From an uncultured Planctomycetia bacterium (GTDB lineage: Bacteria > Omnitrophota > Gorgyraeia > 2-02-FULL-51-18): 64,000 nucleotides of DNA. This document shows, in pieces, positions 1-11,956 of this stretch (the stretch's first letter is position 1; each line of letters begins with the position of its first letter). Made by a program: the position numbers and the translations under genes. The stretch lies in assembly GCA_964642015.1 (NCBI GenBank), contig CAZXLF010000003.1, positions 100,204 through 164,203 of the forward strand, in the 5' to 3' direction. The notes beneath the pieces were generated by a model, which was not told where the DNA came from, made no database searches, and worked only from the letters and a program-made list of their open reading frames with translations.

Positions 1-1155
1 CGAACGCCATTCTATGCCGAATCAGGCGGACAGATCGGTGATACGGGACTTGTTTCTGGAAATGGGCTTTCGGCGAAGGTTTTGGACACACAATGGATAG
101 AAAAATGTGTCGCTCACAGGGTAAAAATTGAATCTGGGTACGCTGAGCCAGGTAAAGTTTATGAATTGGTTGTGGACGCAGAACGCCGTGCCGACATCAT
201 GAAAAATCATACAGCAACACACCTTTTGCACAGTGCTTTAAGAAAAGCATTGGGGGATCACGTAAAGCAGAGCGGCTCACTCGTCGCGCCTGACAGATTA
301 CGCTTTGATTTCACGCATTTCAGCGCATTGGACGCCAAAACGATATCCGCCGTCGAAGAACTCGTGAACACCGAGATCCGCAAGAATATCACGCTAGACA
401 AAAAGGTCATGTCGAAGGAAAAGGCGGTGGAATCCGGTGCGATTGCTTTTTTTGGTGAAAAATACGGTGACGAGGTTCGTGTCGTATCCGTCGGCGATTT
501 TTCAAAGGAATTATGCGGCGGCACCCATCTTCATTCGACCGGAGAAATTGAGACATTCAAGATCGTTTCAGAAAGTTCGATACAGGCCGGTGTCCGGCGT
601 ATTGAGGCGGTGACCGGTCGAGGCGCCAAAGTGCTTTTACAGAGTCAAGAAAACGAATTGAAATCCATGACCAAAGATTTTGGAATTCGCTCGGATGATA
701 TGATAAGCAGTCTTAAAGAGCGCCTATTACAAATTTCGGAACTCAAATCAAAAATGTCTAAGTCGCTCAACAGGAAAGTTAGGGAACGGCTTGATAAGGA
801 CCTTGAAAAAGCGCCCGTTGTTGCCGGAGCGAAGTTTGTGAAAGAAAAAATATCCGGCGCCGACACGGATACTTTGAAATTTGCCTGTGATTATTTAAGG
901 AGTTCAAAAATTTCTTTCACCGCTCTTTTTGTGTCCGACTCAGCGGATAAAATTTCTCTTGTTGTGGCAGGTAGTGACGATCTGGTGAAAAAAGGTTTTA
1001 ATTCAGGCAAGATCGTTAAAGAGATCTCGGCCACGGTGCAGGGAAATGGCGGTGGACGACCGGATTTCGCTGTCGGAGGAGGTAAAGATGTCCAAAAGGT
1101 TAACGAAGCGATAGCTCTGGGCGAAAAGATTATCAAAGAAAGTTTAGCCAAATGA
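1..1155 (+). CDS. alaS: alanyl-tRNA synthetase, 3' part (gene begins upstream of window)
   Basis: Frame open from nt 1 (RTPFYAESGGQIGDTG); editing motifs NHTATHLLH and ELCGGTH; C-terminal DHHA1 GGGRPDFAVGGG. Confidence 0.98.
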   Translation, partial: RTPFYAESGGQIGDTGLVSGNGLSAKVLDTQWIEKCVAHRVKIESGYAEPGKVYELVVDAERRADIMKNHTATHLLHSALRKALGDHVKQSGSLVAPDRLRFDFTHFSALDAKTISAVEELVNTEIRKNITLDKKVMSKEKAVESGAIAFFGEKYGDEVRVVSVGDFSKELCGGTHLHSTGEIETFKIVSESSIQAGVRRIEAVTGRGAKVLLQSQENELKSMTKDFGIRSDDMISSLKERLLQISELKSKMSKSLNRKVRERLDKDLEKAPVVAGAKFVKEKISGADTDTLKFACDYLRSSKISFTALFVSDSADKISLVVAGSDDLVKKGFNSGKIVKEISATVQGNGGGRPDFAVGGGKDVQKVNEAIALGEKIIKESLAK

Positions 1156-2372
1156 AAGTTATTAAACCCTCGAGCCAAAAATTTCAAAAGCTTTTCCATC
1201 GATTTGCACGGCGTGACCGGCGCATTGAGGAAAAAGTCCGTAGGATCGTGGATGATGTGAAAAATAACGGTGACGAGGCGCTGGTGCGTTATACCAGGAA
1301 ATTTGACAAAGTAAAACTTTCGCCGAAGGAATTCCGTGTCAGTGAGAGCGAGATAAACGGCGCGTATCAGAACATCAATCCTGACTTTGTCTCGACGCTG
1401 AAAGTGGCTGTTGAAAATGTGAGTTGTTATTACAAGAAACAATTGAAGCGTTCTTGGAAGACGGTGAGCGAGGATGGTGTTGTGCTTGGCGAGAAGATCA
1501 GACCCTTGGAATCGGTAGGTATTTACGTTCCGTCGGGAACTGTGCCTCTTCCTTCAACGGTTTATATGACAGTGCTTCCGGCAAAGATAGCCGGTGTCGA
1601 AAAAATTTATCTCATCACACCGCCAAATAAATTCAAAAGCGTGGATCCGCATATTTTGGTTGTTGCAAATCTTCTGAAGGTGGACGGCGTCTACAAAGCC
1701 GGCGGCGCTCAGGCGATCGCGGCATTCGCATTTGGCACAAAAACGATCCCGCGTGTTGATAAGATCATAGGCCCTGGCAATGCTTATGTGGCTGAGGCCA
1801 AGCGTCAGGTGTTCGGTTATTGCGACATTGATATGATCGCGGGACCAACAGAAGTCGTGATCATTGCCAATGATTATTCAGAGCCGGATTTTGTGATAGC
1901 CGATCTTTTGGCGCAGAGCGAGCATCACATGGGCACTTCGATCCTTGTGACGACCTCTAAGCGTCTGGCCAAAGTGATCAAAAAGGTGCCGGCGCGCGGT
2001 CACATTGTGGTCGTCAAAAATTTAAAGCAAGCGGTTGATGTTGTGAACCAGATCGCTCCCGAACATCTTCAGATCATGGTGAAGAATCCGCAGCGCATCC
2101 TTAAAGACATTAAACATGCCGGCGCGATATTCGTAGGTTCTTATACTCCGACAGCAGTGGGTGATTATGTGGCCGGGCCAAGCCATGTGCTGCCGACGAA
2201 TGGGACTGCTAGATTTTTCTCAGGAATATCCATAACGGATTTTCTGAAAAGCTCCCATATTATTTCTTACAATCGAAAAGCGCTTGAGAAGGTCAAAGCG
2301 CCGATTGAGAATTTGGCGACACTAGAAGGTTTGCCAAAACATATGGAATCTGTCAAGGTTCGTTTTGAATGA
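1152..2372 (+). CDS. hisD: histidinol dehydrogenase
   Basis: GGAQAIAAFAFGT, GPGNAYVAEAKR, DMIAGPTE, APEHL, GDYVAGPSHVLPT. Confidence 0.97.
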   Translation: MKVIKPSSQKFQKLFHRFARRDRRIEEKVRRIVDDVKNNGDEALVRYTRKFDKVKLSPKEFRVSESEINGAYQNINPDFVSTLKVAVENVSCYYKKQLKRSWKTVSEDGVVLGEKIRPLESVGIYVPSGTVPLPSTVYMTVLPAKIAGVEKIYLITPPNKFKSVDPHILVVANLLKVDGVYKAGGAQAIAAFAFGTKTIPRVDKIIGPGNAYVAEAKRQVFGYCDIDMIAGPTEVVIIANDYSEPDFVIADLLAQSEHHMGTSILVTTSKRLAKVIKKVPARGHIVVVKNLKQAVDVVNQIAPEHLQIMVKNPQRILKDIKHAGAIFVGSYTPTAVGDYVAGPSHVLPTNGTARFFSGISITDFLKSSHIISYNRKALEKVKAPIENLATLEGLPKHMESVKVRFE

Positions 2373-2396
2373 CGGTGATCGTTTAAAAGGAGTGAC

Positions 2397-3026
2397 ATGA
2401 AAAAAAGAAAAGCTATTGTCAAAAGAAAAACCCGCGAAACGTCCATTACCGCCAGCGTGAATATCGACGGGAAAGGCAAAGCTGGTGTGAAAACGGGATT
2501 AAGGTTTTTGGACCATATGCTAGAAAGTCTGGCAAAACACGGGCATTTCGATATTCAGATAAAGGCTGTCGGAGATCTGGATGTCGACACCCATCACACC
2601 AATGAGGATGTCGCGATCACGCTTGGGGAAGCTTTTAAAAAAGCGCTTGGCGATAAAAAGGGCATCCGTCGTTTTGCCGATTTTAGAGCTCCGCTCGATG
2701 AAGCGCTGTCAGGGACGCGTGTCACGATCGATATCAGTGGAAGAGGCTCTTTTCATGCGCATACAAACGCAAAAACTAAATGGCTCGATCATCCAGCTTT
2801 GCGTGCGAAGCAGAACAGTATGAATTACACGGTTGCTGACACGAAACATTTTTTGGAATCTTTTGCCGATCATATGGGGATCACGTTGCATGTTGATTTT
2901 ATATCGGGCGATCAGCCGCATCATGTGATCGAAGCCACTTTTAAATCTCTGGCAAAGGCGCTGGATTGGGCCACACAGATCGATGAGCGGTCAAAGTCTG
3001 TTCCGTCCACAAAGGGAAAATTATGA
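2397..3026 (+). CDS. hisB: imidazoleglycerol-phosphate dehydratase
   Basis: RKTRET, FLDHML, DTHHTNED and HHVIEATFK metal motifs, C-terminal PSTKGKL; AGGAG RBS. Confidence 0.96.
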   Translation: MKKRKAIVKRKTRETSITASVNIDGKGKAGVKTGLRFLDHMLESLAKHGHFDIQIKAVGDLDVDTHHTNEDVAITLGEAFKKALGDKKGIRRFADFRAPLDEALSGTRVTIDISGRGSFHAHTNAKTKWLDHPALRAKQNSMNYTVADTKHFLESFADHMGITLHVDFISGDQPHHVIEATFKSLAKALDWATQIDERSKSVPSTKGKL

Positions 3027-3637
3027 TCGTGATCGTTGACTATGGGATGGGTAATTTGCGCAGCGTCGAGAAAGCATTCGAGGCGAACGGCGCTCACCCA
3101 AAGATAAGTTCATCCGCAAAGGACATTGAAAAAGCCGAGAAGCTTGTCGTGCCGGGTGTCGGCGCTTTTACTCATGCGATGAAGGAGCTTAAAAAACTGG
3201 GCCTGGTTGAACCGATCAAAGAAAAGATCAGAAGCGGTGCGCCGTACCTTGGTGTGTGTCTGGGGCTGCAACTTTTATTTTCCCGCAGCGAAGAAGGGGA
3301 ACGCATGAAAGGTTTGGATATTATCTCAGGCAGCGTGGTTCGGTTCAAAGGAAAGCTCAAGATCCCTCATATGGGTTGGAATACGCTTGAGACAAAAAAG
3401 CGCGGCTGCCCTGTTTTGAAGAAAATCAAGGATAAGGACTATTTTTACTTTGTCCATTCTTATTACGGTGTTCCTGAAGACAAGTCGTGGGTTTTGGCAA
3501 CCACCGGTTATGGGGCTCATTTTTGCTCTGCGATATGGAAAGAGAATATTTTCGCGACGCAGTTTCATCCGGAGAAAAGTCAAGCCGGCGGCCTTCAAAT
3601 CATACGCAATTTCATCGAATATCAGAGCCAAAATTGA
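3023..3637 (+). CDS. hisH: imidazole glycerol phosphate synthase, glutamine amidotransferase subunit
   Basis: DYGMGNLRS, PGVGAF, GVCLG, PHMGWN, YFVHSY, QFHPEKS. Confidence 0.97.
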   Translation: MIVIVDYGMGNLRSVEKAFEANGAHPKISSSAKDIEKAEKLVVPGVGAFTHAMKELKKLGLVEPIKEKIRSGAPYLGVCLGLQLLFSRSEEGERMKGLDIISGSVVRFKGKLKIPHMGWNTLETKKRGCPVLKKIKDKDYFYFVHSYYGVPEDKSWVLATTGYGAHFCSAIWKENIFATQFHPEKSQAGGLQIIRNFIEYQSQN

Positions 3638-3638
3638 A

Positions 3639-4382
3639 ATGATCCCGATACCTGCGATCGATCTGAAAAATGGGAAAGTGGTACGGCTTTTACAGGGGAA
3701 TTTCAAAGAAGAGAAGATCTACTCTGAGACTCCAGCTGCTGTCGCGAAACGCTTTGAAGAAGCAGGCGCTTCAAGGATCCACGTTGTGGATCTCGACGGA
3801 GCGCTTGAGGGCAAGCCTAAAAATTTGAGTTCGGTTGAATCGATCATCCGGAATGTAAAGATCCCTGTCGAAGCGGGCGGTGGTGTGCGAAATCTCAAGA
3901 TAGCTGAAGAATACATCAGGATGGGCGCTTCATGGGTCATCTTCGGCACTCAGGCGTGCCTTGATTCCGGATTCATGAAAGAATCGATAGCTGAATTCAA
4001 GGAGCGTGCAATTATCGGTATCGATGCCTTAAGCGGTTTTGTGGCCACTGACGGATGGACAAAAATTTCTAAGATCAAAGCGGTGGATTTGGCGAAAGAC
4101 GCTCAGTCACTTGGCGCGAAGACCATTATTTACACCGATATTTCGAAAGACGGCGCTTTAAAAGGAATAAATATGAAAGAGATAAAAACGCTGAGTCAAT
4201 CGGTTTCGACAGATGTGATCGCTTCCGGCGGCGTATCGTCTCTGCAAGATATTCAAATGCTTCTGGATTTGAAACAAAAAAATATCATAGGCGTGATCAT
4301 CGGCAAGGCGATCTATGAAAATAAGATCCAATTGAGAGATGCGGTCAAAACATGCTTGCAAAAAGAATCATTCCCTGTTTAG
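3639..4382 (+). CDS. hisA: ProFAR isomerase (HisA)
   Basis: Start re-set to ATG 3639 ([17 protein letters not shown]); [24 protein letters not shown]. Confidence 0.96.
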   Translation: MIPIPAIDLKNGKVVRLLQGNFKEEKIYSETPAAVAKRFEEAGASRIHVVDLDGALEGKPKNLSSVESIIRNVKIPVEAGGGVRNLKIAEEYIRMGASWVIFGTQACLDSGFMKESIAEFKERAIIGIDALSGFVATDGWTKISKIKAVDLAKDAQSLGAKTIIYTDISKDGALKGINMKEIKTLSQSVSTDVIASGGVSSLQDIQMLLDLKQKNIIGVIIGKAIYENKIQLRDAVKTCLQKESFPV

Positions 4383-5116
4383 ATGTGCGGGAAGGCCGCG
4401 TTGTCAAAGGAACGAAATTTTTAGGTTTGCGCGATGCCGGAGACCCGGTAGAATGCGCGGTTTTTTACGATAAAGCGGGCGCGGATGAGCTCGTTTTTTT
4501 GGATATCACTGCATCCCATGAAAAACGCGGGATATTGCTTGATGTGGTGAGGCGTACCGCAGAGAAAGTTTTCATGCCCCTCACAGTTGGAGGAGGCATC
4601 AATAGCGTCGAAGACATTCGGACACTGCTCAATGCCGGCGCCGATAAGGTTTCGATCAATACATCAGCGGTAAAACGCCCTGCGTTTGTCAAGGAAGCGG
4701 CTGAGCGGTTCGGCGCGCAGTGTATCGTTGTTGCGATCGACGCAAAAAGATCTTTAACAAAAAAGGGCTGCTGGGACGTTTATACGCACGGCGGAAGACA
4801 GAAAACTCCGCTTGAAGCGGTATCGTGGGCTAAGCGTGTCGAAAAACTCGGCGCCGGGGAGATCCTTTTAACCAGCATGGACCAGGACGGAACCAAAGAG
4901 GGTTATGATCTTAAGCTTCTACGTTCCGTGTCGGAAGCTGTTCGAATACCCGTGATCGCTTCCGGTGGAGCAGGAAATCTCGATCACTTAGTTCAGGGTT
5001 TTGTTCGCGGAAAAGCGGATGCTGTTTTGGCGGCCAGCATTTTTCATTTTAAGGAATTTACGATCCAAGAAGCAAAGAAATATCTAAAAAAGAAAGGGGT
5101 GTTAGTTCGTTTATGA
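4352..5116 (+). CDS. hisF: imidazole glycerol phosphate synthase, cyclase subunit
   Basis: [41 protein letters not shown]. Confidence 0.98.
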   Translation: MLAKRIIPCLDVREGRVVKGTKFLGLRDAGDPVECAVFYDKAGADELVFLDITASHEKRGILLDVVRRTAEKVFMPLTVGGGINSVEDIRTLLNAGADKVSINTSAVKRPAFVKEAAERFGAQCIVVAIDAKRSLTKKGCWDVYTHGGRQKTPLEAVSWAKRVEKLGAGEILLTSMDQDGTKEGYDLKLLRSVSEAVRIPVIASGGAGNLDHLVQGFVRGKADAVLAASIFHFKEFTIQEAKKYLKKKGVLVRL

Positions 5117-5508
5117 CCGATGCAACATTTGAAAAAATAAAATCGCGGTTAAAATTTGATGCCCAAGGGCTTATTCCCGCGATCATCCAGGATAAAAAGA
5201 CGCAAAAAGTGCTGACACTTTGTTATATGAATGAGATCGCGCTTAGAGCGACGCTCGAAAAAGGTTTTATTTATCTTTTTCGTCGCTCTCAGAACAAGTT
5301 AATGATGAAAGGCGAAACATCGGGGCACACGCAGGCCGTGCAGGAATTCCGCATTGACTGTGAAGGCAAGTCACTGCTTTTTCTCATTGATCAAAAAGTG
5401 GCTGGCTGCCACAAAGGTTACTTCAGTTGTTATTTTGAAAAAATAAACAGTGACGGTGCCCAAGCGATCACAGATCCTTTGGTATTCAATCCGGAGAAAG
5501 TATACTAG
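5113..5508 (+). CDS. hisI: phosphoribosyl-AMP cyclohydrolase (monofunctional, atypical acidic motif)
   Basis: [25 protein letters not shown]; DCDxD motif reads DCEGK. Confidence 0.9.
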   Translation: MTDATFEKIKSRLKFDAQGLIPAIIQDKKTQKVLTLCYMNEIALRATLEKGFIYLFRRSQNKLMMKGETSGHTQAVQEFRIDCEGKSLLFLIDQKVAGCHKGYFSCYFEKINSDGAQAITDPLVFNPEKVY

Positions 5509-7004
5509 TGAACGAGTATTTTCCGAATAAGAAAGAATTTCTTAAACTGGCAAAAAAGGGGAATCTGATCCCTGTTTATCGAGAGATCCTTGCGGACCTT
5601 GAGACGCCGGTATCATGTTTTATCAAGCTCGGTGACAAACCTTATTCTTATTTGCTCGAATCGGTCGAAGGCGGCGAGAAGATCGCAAGATATTCATTCA
5701 TCGGCGGCGCGCCGTCGCTCGTATTTAAAAGCAAAGAGAAGAAAATATCGATCTCCGAGCCCGGTAAACCCGAGGATCATTTTGTAACGGCCCACGATCC
5801 GCTTTATGAGCTTGAAAAGATCTTAAAACGTTACGAACAGGTCCCCGTTAAGGAATTACCGCCATTTTCAGGTGGAGCCGTCGGGTACCTGGGATATGAT
5901 ACAGTCCGTTTTATAGAGAGGATCCCCGATAAGAATAAAGACGTTTTGCAGATCCCCGATTCACTTTTTATTTTTACGAACACGATATTGATATTTGATC
6001 ACATTCAAAAAAAGATAAAAGTCGTTTCAAACGTGTTTGTGGATAATTTTAAAGATGCTGAAGAGGCCTATGATCACGCCATAGAAAAAATCGATTCCGA
6101 GATCCAGCGTTTGAGATCCCTTGATCATGGACACCACACTTCAAGTGCCTCCACGCACTCTACTAACGGCGTTGATTCTAATTTTACGGAATCAGCTTTT
6201 GAAAAAGCTGTTTTAAAGGCAAAGCGGTACATCAAAAAAGGCGACATCATTCAAGTGGTGCTTTCACAGGTTTTTAGCACGGCAGCACCTTCTAATGTGT
6301 TCGACATCTATCGAGCATTGCGGTCTATCAATCCTTCGCCTTACATGTTTTACCTGAATTGCGATGAATTTCAATTAGTTGGTTCTTCTCCCGAAGTTCA
6401 TGTGCGTTGCGACGACCACAAAGCGATCTTAAGGCCGATCGCGGGAACGCGCCGCCGCGGACACAATCCAAAAGAGGACGTGGCGCTTGAAAAGGAGCTT
6501 CTGAAGGACCCAAAGGAACGCGCGGAGCATTTGATGCTTGTGGATCTTGGCCGGAATGATCTCGGACGTGTTTGCGATTATCAATCGGTGAAAGTGTCAG
6601 AATTTATGACCATCGAACGCTATTCCCACGTGATGCATATCGTCAGCAACGTTGAGGGAAAACTTCGAGAGGATAAAACGATCTTTGACCTTTTGCGCGC
6701 GACTTTTCCGGCCGGGACGATCTCGGGCGCCCCTAAAGTCCGCGCAATGGAGATCATAGATGAGCTGGAGAATCAAAAAAGAGGTTTTTATTCGGGTGTT
6801 GTGGGTTATTTCAGCTATTCGGGAAATTTGGATTCCTGCATTGCGATCCGCACGATCTTGGTGAAAGGTGGAAGGGCTTTTGTGCAGGCAGGCGCCGGCA
6901 TTGTAGCGGATTCAGATCCTAAAAAGGAATATCAAGAAACAGTGAACAAAGCCAAAGCGCTTCTAAAAGCCATCGAATTATCTTCGGCGGGAGCTTTGCA
7001 ATGA
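5508..7004 (+). CDS. trpE: anthranilate synthase component I
   Basis: [46 protein letters not shown]. Confidence 0.96.
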   Translation: MNEYFPNKKEFLKLAKKGNLIPVYREILADLETPVSCFIKLGDKPYSYLLESVEGGEKIARYSFIGGAPSLVFKSKEKKISISEPGKPEDHFVTAHDPLYELEKILKRYEQVPVKELPPFSGGAVGYLGYDTVRFIERIPDKNKDVLQIPDSLFIFTNTILIFDHIQKKIKVVSNVFVDNFKDAEEAYDHAIEKIDSEIQRLRSLDHGHHTSSASTHSTNGVDSNFTESAFEKAVLKAKRYIKKGDIIQVVLSQVFSTAAPSNVFDIYRALRSINPSPYMFYLNCDEFQLVGSSPEVHVRCDDHKAILRPIAGTRRRGHNPKEDVALEKELLKDPKERAEHLMLVDLGRNDLGRVCDYQSVKVSEFMTIERYSHVMHIVSNVEGKLREDKTIFDLLRATFPAGTISGAPKVRAMEIIDELENQKRGFYSGVVGYFSYSGNLDSCIAIRTILVKGGRAFVQAGAGIVADSDPKKEYQETVNKAKALLKAIELSSAGALQ

Positions 7005-7567
7005 TATTGATGATCGATAATTACGACTCCTTTACTTATAATCTTGTCCAATATTTAGGTGAAATGGGCCAAGAGCTCAAAGTTTATCGCAACGATGCGA
7101 TCACGGTTGAAGGGATTAAAAAGTTAAAACCCGCGCGCATCGTGATATCGCCGGGACCCGGAAGCCCAAAAGACGCTGGAGTTTCCAAGGAAGCTATTAA
7201 AAAGCTGGGCTCAAAGATACCGATCCTCGGCGTTTGCTTGGGACATCAATGTATTGGTGAGGTGTTCGGCGGAAACGTTGTCGGCGCCAAACGTCTGATG
7301 CATGGAAAAACATCCCAGATATTTCATAACGGTAAAGGAATATTTAAAAATATCGACAACCCATTCGTGGCGACACGGTATCATTCGCTTCTTGTAGATA
7401 GGAAAGGTTTTCCGAAAGATCTTGAGATCACCGCCGAGACTAAAGAAAAAGAGATCATGGGTTTGAGGCATAAAAAATATCCGATATACGGCGTTCAATT
7501 TCATCCCGAATCGATCTTGACTCAGTCGGGCAAAGAGATCCTAAGAAATTTTCTTAGTTTGAAATGA
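7001..7567 (+). CDS. trpG: anthranilate synthase component II (glutamine amidotransferase)
   Basis: [34 protein letters not shown]. Confidence 0.95.
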   Translation: MILMIDNYDSFTYNLVQYLGEMGQELKVYRNDAITVEGIKKLKPARIVISPGPGSPKDAGVSKEAIKKLGSKIPILGVCLGHQCIGEVFGGNVVGAKRLMHGKTSQIFHNGKGIFKNIDNPFVATRYHSLLVDRKGFPKDLEITAETKEKEIMGLRHKKYPIYGVQFHPESILTQSGKEILRNFLSLK

Positions 7568-8580
7568 AGGACGTTCTTTTGAAATTGCAGGAGCGCAAAG
7601 ATTTGGATCCCGCAGAAATGGCAAGCGCGATGGAATTCGTCATTTCCGGTCGCGCATCGGATGAGGAGATAGAGCGGTTTTTGATCCTTCTGAGGGAAAA
7701 AGGCGAAACAGCCGCTGAGATCGCGGCCGGTGCAAATGTGATGCGCAAGCACGCGCTCACATTATCCAAAAATTATCCGGATCTTCTTGATACCTGCGGC
7801 ACTGGAGGAGACGGTAGCCGAACGCTTAATGTTTCAACTTTAGCTGCTTTGACAGCTTGCGCGGCAGGGGTTAGGGTGGCTAAACACGGCAACCGTTCGT
7901 TGTCGGGCGTTTCAGGAAGCGCTGATCTTCTGGAATCGTTAGGAGTTCCGATAGACCTTCCGGTTAGCGCGGTTGAAAAAGCGATTGAAAATATCGGATT
8001 CGCGTTCTTATTCGCACCCATATTCCATCCCGCGACCCGTTTTGCAGGACCCGCCAGAAAAAAGATCAAAGGCAAAACGATTTTTAATATTTTAGGCCCT
8101 TTATCGAACCCAGCCGGCGTGCAGTATCAAGTGATCGGTGTTTACGATAAAAAACTCATCGAGATCGTAGCCCAGGCGCTTTTAGACCTTGGCACAAAAA
8201 GGGCTTTAGTAGTTCATGGCGCCGATGGGTTGGATGAAATAAGTGTCTCGGATAGAACTTTCGCAGTAGAGCTTACGAAGGGGCAACTGAAAAAATATGA
8301 AATATTGCCGGAGGAACACGGAATTCAAAAAAGTTCGCATAAAATCCCTGTATGCGACACAAAAGAAGATTCAAAAAAAATGGCGCTTGAAGTTTTAAAA
8401 GGCGGTCAAGGAGTCAATCATGATCTGGTTTCTTTAAACGCGGCAGCCGCACTTTATATATCAGGAAAGGCAAGCTCCATTAAAGAAGGTGTTCATGTAG
8501 CAAAAAAACTTTTGGCCGAAGGCGCGGTTCATAAGAAACTGGAAGAAATTATTTTATTTTCTAAAAAAGTGACGGTTTGA
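7564..8580 (+). CDS. trpD: anthranilate phosphoribosyltransferase
   Basis: [38 protein letters not shown]. Confidence 0.97.
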   Translation: MKDVLLKLQERKDLDPAEMASAMEFVISGRASDEEIERFLILLREKGETAAEIAAGANVMRKHALTLSKNYPDLLDTCGTGGDGSRTLNVSTLAALTACAAGVRVAKHGNRSLSGVSGSADLLESLGVPIDLPVSAVEKAIENIGFAFLFAPIFHPATRFAGPARKKIKGKTIFNILGPLSNPAGVQYQVIGVYDKKLIEIVAQALLDLGTKRALVVHGADGLDEISVSDRTFAVELTKGQLKKYEILPEEHGIQKSSHKIPVCDTKEDSKKMALEVLKGGQGVNHDLVSLNAAAALYISGKASSIKEGVHVAKKLLAEGAVHKKLEEIILFSKKVTV

Positions 8581-9365
8581 TGACGATCCTTGATCAGATA
8601 GTCAAAAATAAGACCCAAGAAATAGAGCTTTTGAAGCAAAAGAATCCAATCGAGAAATTGCTTCTTGCGATCAAAAAATTACCCAAAAAGAAAACTAGTT
8701 TTTATGACTCTTTGAAGAAAATCAGAGGCGTCGCTGTGATCGCCGAAATAAAGAAACGTTCGCCATCGAAAGGTATTTTAAGAAAAAATTTTCGGCCGGT
8801 AGCGATCGCGGAATCTTATGAGCGCGCAGGTGCAAGCGCTTTATCGGTATTGACGGATGAGAATTTTTTTGGAGGATCTGTAAAAGTTTTGAAAAAAGTG
8901 CGCGGTCGCACAAAACTTCCTATATTGAGAAAGGATTTTATCCTCGACCTTTATCAGATCTATGAAGCCAGGATCATTGGAGCGGATGCGATACTTCTGA
9001 TCGCTGACATTTTGTCGAAAGAGGAGCTTGAAGTTTTAAGCAAAAAAGCATTTGAGTTGGGGTTGGACGTGCTTTTTGAAGTGCATACACCGGAAGATGT
9101 TGATAAGATATTGCCGCTGAAGCCCAAGATGGTCGGCATCAATAACCGTGATCTGCACACGTTTAAAGTAGATCTGGGCGTGACTGAGCGTCTTCTCAAA
9201 CGTTTTCCAAAAAAAACGCTGATTGTTTCTGAAAGCGGTATCCAAAGTCCCGAAGACTTGTTATATTTAAAGCGATTGGGCGTTGACGCAGTGCTTATTG
9301 GTGAGAGTTTGATGCGGGAAAATGATCCTGGAAAAGCGCTGAAGAATTTGAAAGCTGTTCTGTGA
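8580..9365 (+). CDS. trpC: indole-3-glycerol phosphate synthase
   Basis: IAEIKKRSPSKG, SVLTD, LRKDFI, GINNRDL, VSESGI. Confidence 0.97.
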   Translation: MTILDQIVKNKTQEIELLKQKNPIEKLLLAIKKLPKKKTSFYDSLKKIRGVAVIAEIKKRSPSKGILRKNFRPVAIAESYERAGASALSVLTDENFFGGSVKVLKKVRGRTKLPILRKDFILDLYQIYEARIIGADAILLIADILSKEELEVLSKKAFELGLDVLFEVHTPEDVDKILPLKPKMVGINNRDLHTFKVDLGVTERLLKRFPKKTLIVSESGIQSPEDLLYLKRLGVDAVLIGESLMRENDPGKALKNLKAVL

Positions 9366-9970
9366 CGCGGGTCAAGATCTGCGGCATAACCAATCTTCGC
9401 GACGCGGAAGACGCTGTTGAATTCGGAGCCGATGCGATAGGGTTTGTGTTCGCTAAAAGCCCAAGACGGATATCGTTAAATGACGCCAAAAAAATATCGC
9501 TTCGCCTCGGCCCTTGGGTTACAACGGTGGGAGTGTTCGTTAACGAAACTAAAAAGAATATTTTACGGATCGCATCAGAATGCCGGTTTTCTGCAATACA
9601 GCTTCACGGGGATGAGTCAGCTTCCGAGCTTTCAGGTTTTGGAGTCTTAAAGATCATAAAAGCATTCAGGATTTCCAAAAAAGAAGATTTGAAAGTAGTG
9701 GAAACGTACAAAGCCGACGCTTATCTATTTGATACAAAAGCAGGCGGTATTTATGGAGGTAGCGGCAAGAGATTTGATTGGAATATTTTAAGAATGAAAA
9801 ATACTCCAAAACCTTATATCATTTCAGGTGGACTCGACCCCCGAAATGTGCAGACCGTGATCTGTAAGCTGTCCCCGTATGGTGTTGATGTGTCTTCGGG
9901 GGTTGAAAAATACCCGGGAAAAAAAGACCCTGTTTTGGTTAAACAGTTCATCAAAAATGCAAAAAAATAA
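9362..9970 (+). CDS. trpF: phosphoribosylanthranilate isomerase
   Basis: [34 protein letters not shown]. Confidence 0.97.
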   Translation: MTRVKICGITNLRDAEDAVEFGADAIGFVFAKSPRRISLNDAKKISLRLGPWVTTVGVFVNETKKNILRIASECRFSAIQLHGDESASELSGFGVLKIIKAFRISKKEDLKVVETYKADAYLFDTKAGGIYGGSGKRFDWNILRMKNTPKPYIISGGLDPRNVQTVICKLSPYGVDVSSGVEKYPGKKDPVLVKQFIKNAKK

Positions 9971-11162
9971 TTTTACTCATATGCCAGACAAAAAAGGACA
10001 TTTTGGACCTTATGGCGGCAAGTATGTGCCGGAGACGCTGATGTCCGCGCTTGACGAGCTTGAGGCGAGTTACCGCTTGGCAAAAAAAGATCCCGGATTT
10101 CAAAAAGAATTGAATGATTATCTTCAGAATTTCGCAGGAAGGCCTACAAAATTGACCGAAGCCAAGCGTCTGTCAAAAGTTTTAGGTGTAAGACGCGTTT
10201 TTTTAAAGCGCGAGGATCTTTTGCATACAGGCGCTCATAAAATAAATAATACCTTAGGTCAGGTGCTTTTGACGCTTCGGATGAAAAAAAAGCGGGTTAT
10301 TGCTGAGACAGGCGCTGGACAGCATGGGGTAGCGACGGCTACGGTCTGCGCACTTTTTGGTATTTCTTGTGACGTGTATATGGGTCAAGAGGATATCGAA
10401 AGGCAGGCACTCAATGTGTTCCGCATGAAACTTTTGGGTTCGCGGGTTATCCCGGTGAGAACAGGTTCGCAGACTCTGAAAGACGCTGTGAACGAAGCGA
10501 TACGCGATTGGGTCACGAATGTCAGAGATACTCATTATATTATTGGCTCTGTGATTGGACCGCACCCTTATCCAATGATGGTGCGTGATTTTCAGTCGGT
10601 CATAGGGAAAGAAGTTAAATCGCAATTAAAGAAAATGCGTTCACCTTGGCCGAATTATTTGGTCGCCTGTGTCGGCGGAGGTTCCAACAGCATTGGATTG
10701 TTCCACCCGTTTTTATCGACGAATTCCAAAATGATCGGTGTCGAGGCGGCGGGCTTGGGAACGCATACCTCTCAACATGCCGCGACTCTCACAAAAGGAA
10801 GTATCGGCGTTCTTCACGGATCCAAAAGCGAAGTTTTGCAAGACCGCGACGGCCAGATCAATCTGGCGCATTCGATATCGGCGGGGCTCGATTATCCCGG
10901 TGTGGGCCCGGAACACGCTTATTTGAAATCGACAAAACGCGTGAACTATGTCTCCGCTACCGATAAAGAAGCGCTGGCAGGCGTGAAAGCTTTAAGCGAA
11001 ACAGAAGGGATCATTCCGGCGCTGGAACCGGCCCACGCGATCGGTTACCTACTGAAGAATAGATCCAAATTCAAAAAAAGCGACACGATCGTCCTTTGCT
11101 TATCAGGGCGAGGTGATAAAGACGTCGTCCAGATCTCTAAAGCGATGGGTTATCATGAATAG
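9957..11162 (+). CDS. trpB: tryptophan synthase beta chain (start 9957 or 9981)
   Basis: [46 protein letters not shown]. Confidence 0.97.
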   Translation: MQKNNFTHMPDKKGHFGPYGGKYVPETLMSALDELEASYRLAKKDPGFQKELNDYLQNFAGRPTKLTEAKRLSKVLGVRRVFLKREDLLHTGAHKINNTLGQVLLTLRMKKKRVIAETGAGQHGVATATVCALFGISCDVYMGQEDIERQALNVFRMKLLGSRVIPVRTGSQTLKDAVNEAIRDWVTNVRDTHYIIGSVIGPHPYPMMVRDFQSVIGKEVKSQLKKMRSPWPNYLVACVGGGSNSIGLFHPFLSTNSKMIGVEAAGLGTHTSQHAATLTKGSIGVLHGSKSEVLQDRDGQINLAHSISAGLDYPGVGPEHAYLKSTKRVNYVSATDKEALAGVKALSETEGIIPALEPAHAIGYLLKNRSKFKKSDTIVLCLSGRGDKDVVQISKAMGYHE

Positions 11163-11955
11163 AATCGATAAAAAGTTCGCCGAATTAAAGAAACAAAGAA
11201 AAAAAGCGCTGATCATTTATATGACAGCAGGGGATCCTGGTCTTCAAAAAAATGAAGCGCTTATTCATTCGTTTGAAAAAGACGGCGTAGACCTTATTGA
11301 GCTCGGTGTGCCATTTTCAGATCCGCTTGCTGACGGTCCGGTGATCCAGGCCGCTTCACAGCGTTCATTGAAGAGAGGAACAAATTTACCCAAGATCTTA
11401 AAACTTGTTCAGCGTGTCCGTAAAAGATCCCAGATCCCTATTCTCTTAATGAGTTATCTGAATCCAATCCTGCGCCACGGGTTAGAATCTTTCGCCAAAT
11501 CTGCCAGAAAATCAGGGCTTGATGGAGTGATCATTCCGGATCTTCCGCCCGACGAAGGACAAGACGTCGCTCCGATTATGCGCCGTCACAATATCGCGTT
11601 GGTGTATTTGCTCGCCCCTACAAGCACAGAAAAGAGGATCTGGCTTGTATCGAATTCTTCACGAGGTTTTATTTATTACGTATCATTAACAGGTATCACA
11701 GGCGCCAGAAAATCCGTGCCGGTCGATTTGGGCCGAAGGATCAAAGCTATTAAAAAGACATCTCGTCTTCCTGTCTGCGTGGGCTTTGGTGTCTCCACGC
11801 CAGAACAAGCCAAAAAAGTTGCTCGCTTTTCAGACGGAGTCATTATAGGAAGCGCTGTTGTTAAATCTTTGGCGGCGCATCCATCGGCTAACGCGGCGCA
11901 ATTCTCTAAAAAATTCATCCGGCCTATTGCAAAGGCCATGGGAAAAAAGGTCTGA
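11155..11955 (+). CDS. trpA: tryptophan synthase alpha chain
   Basis: Start ATG 11155 (MNRIDKKF); [29 protein letters not shown]. Confidence 0.97.
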   Translation: MNRIDKKFAELKKQRKKALIIYMTAGDPGLQKNEALIHSFEKDGVDLIELGVPFSDPLADGPVIQAASQRSLKRGTNLPKILKLVQRVRKRSQIPILLMSYLNPILRHGLESFAKSARKSGLDGVIIPDLPPDEGQDVAPIMRRHNIALVYLLAPTSTEKRIWLVSNSSRGFIYYVSLTGITGARKSVPVDLGRRIKAIKKTSRLPVCVGFGVSTPEQAKKVARFSDGVIIGSAVVKSLAAHPSANAAQFSKKFIRPIAKAMGKKV

Positions 11956-11956
11956 T

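Noticed and set aside
3450-3638. Long N-terminal extensions in the ORF track for hisA (also trpB, trpA, manC, rpe, plsY, fchA, hemC)
   Set aside because: Artefacts of taking the first start codon; homology begins at downstream starts coupled to the preceding stop.
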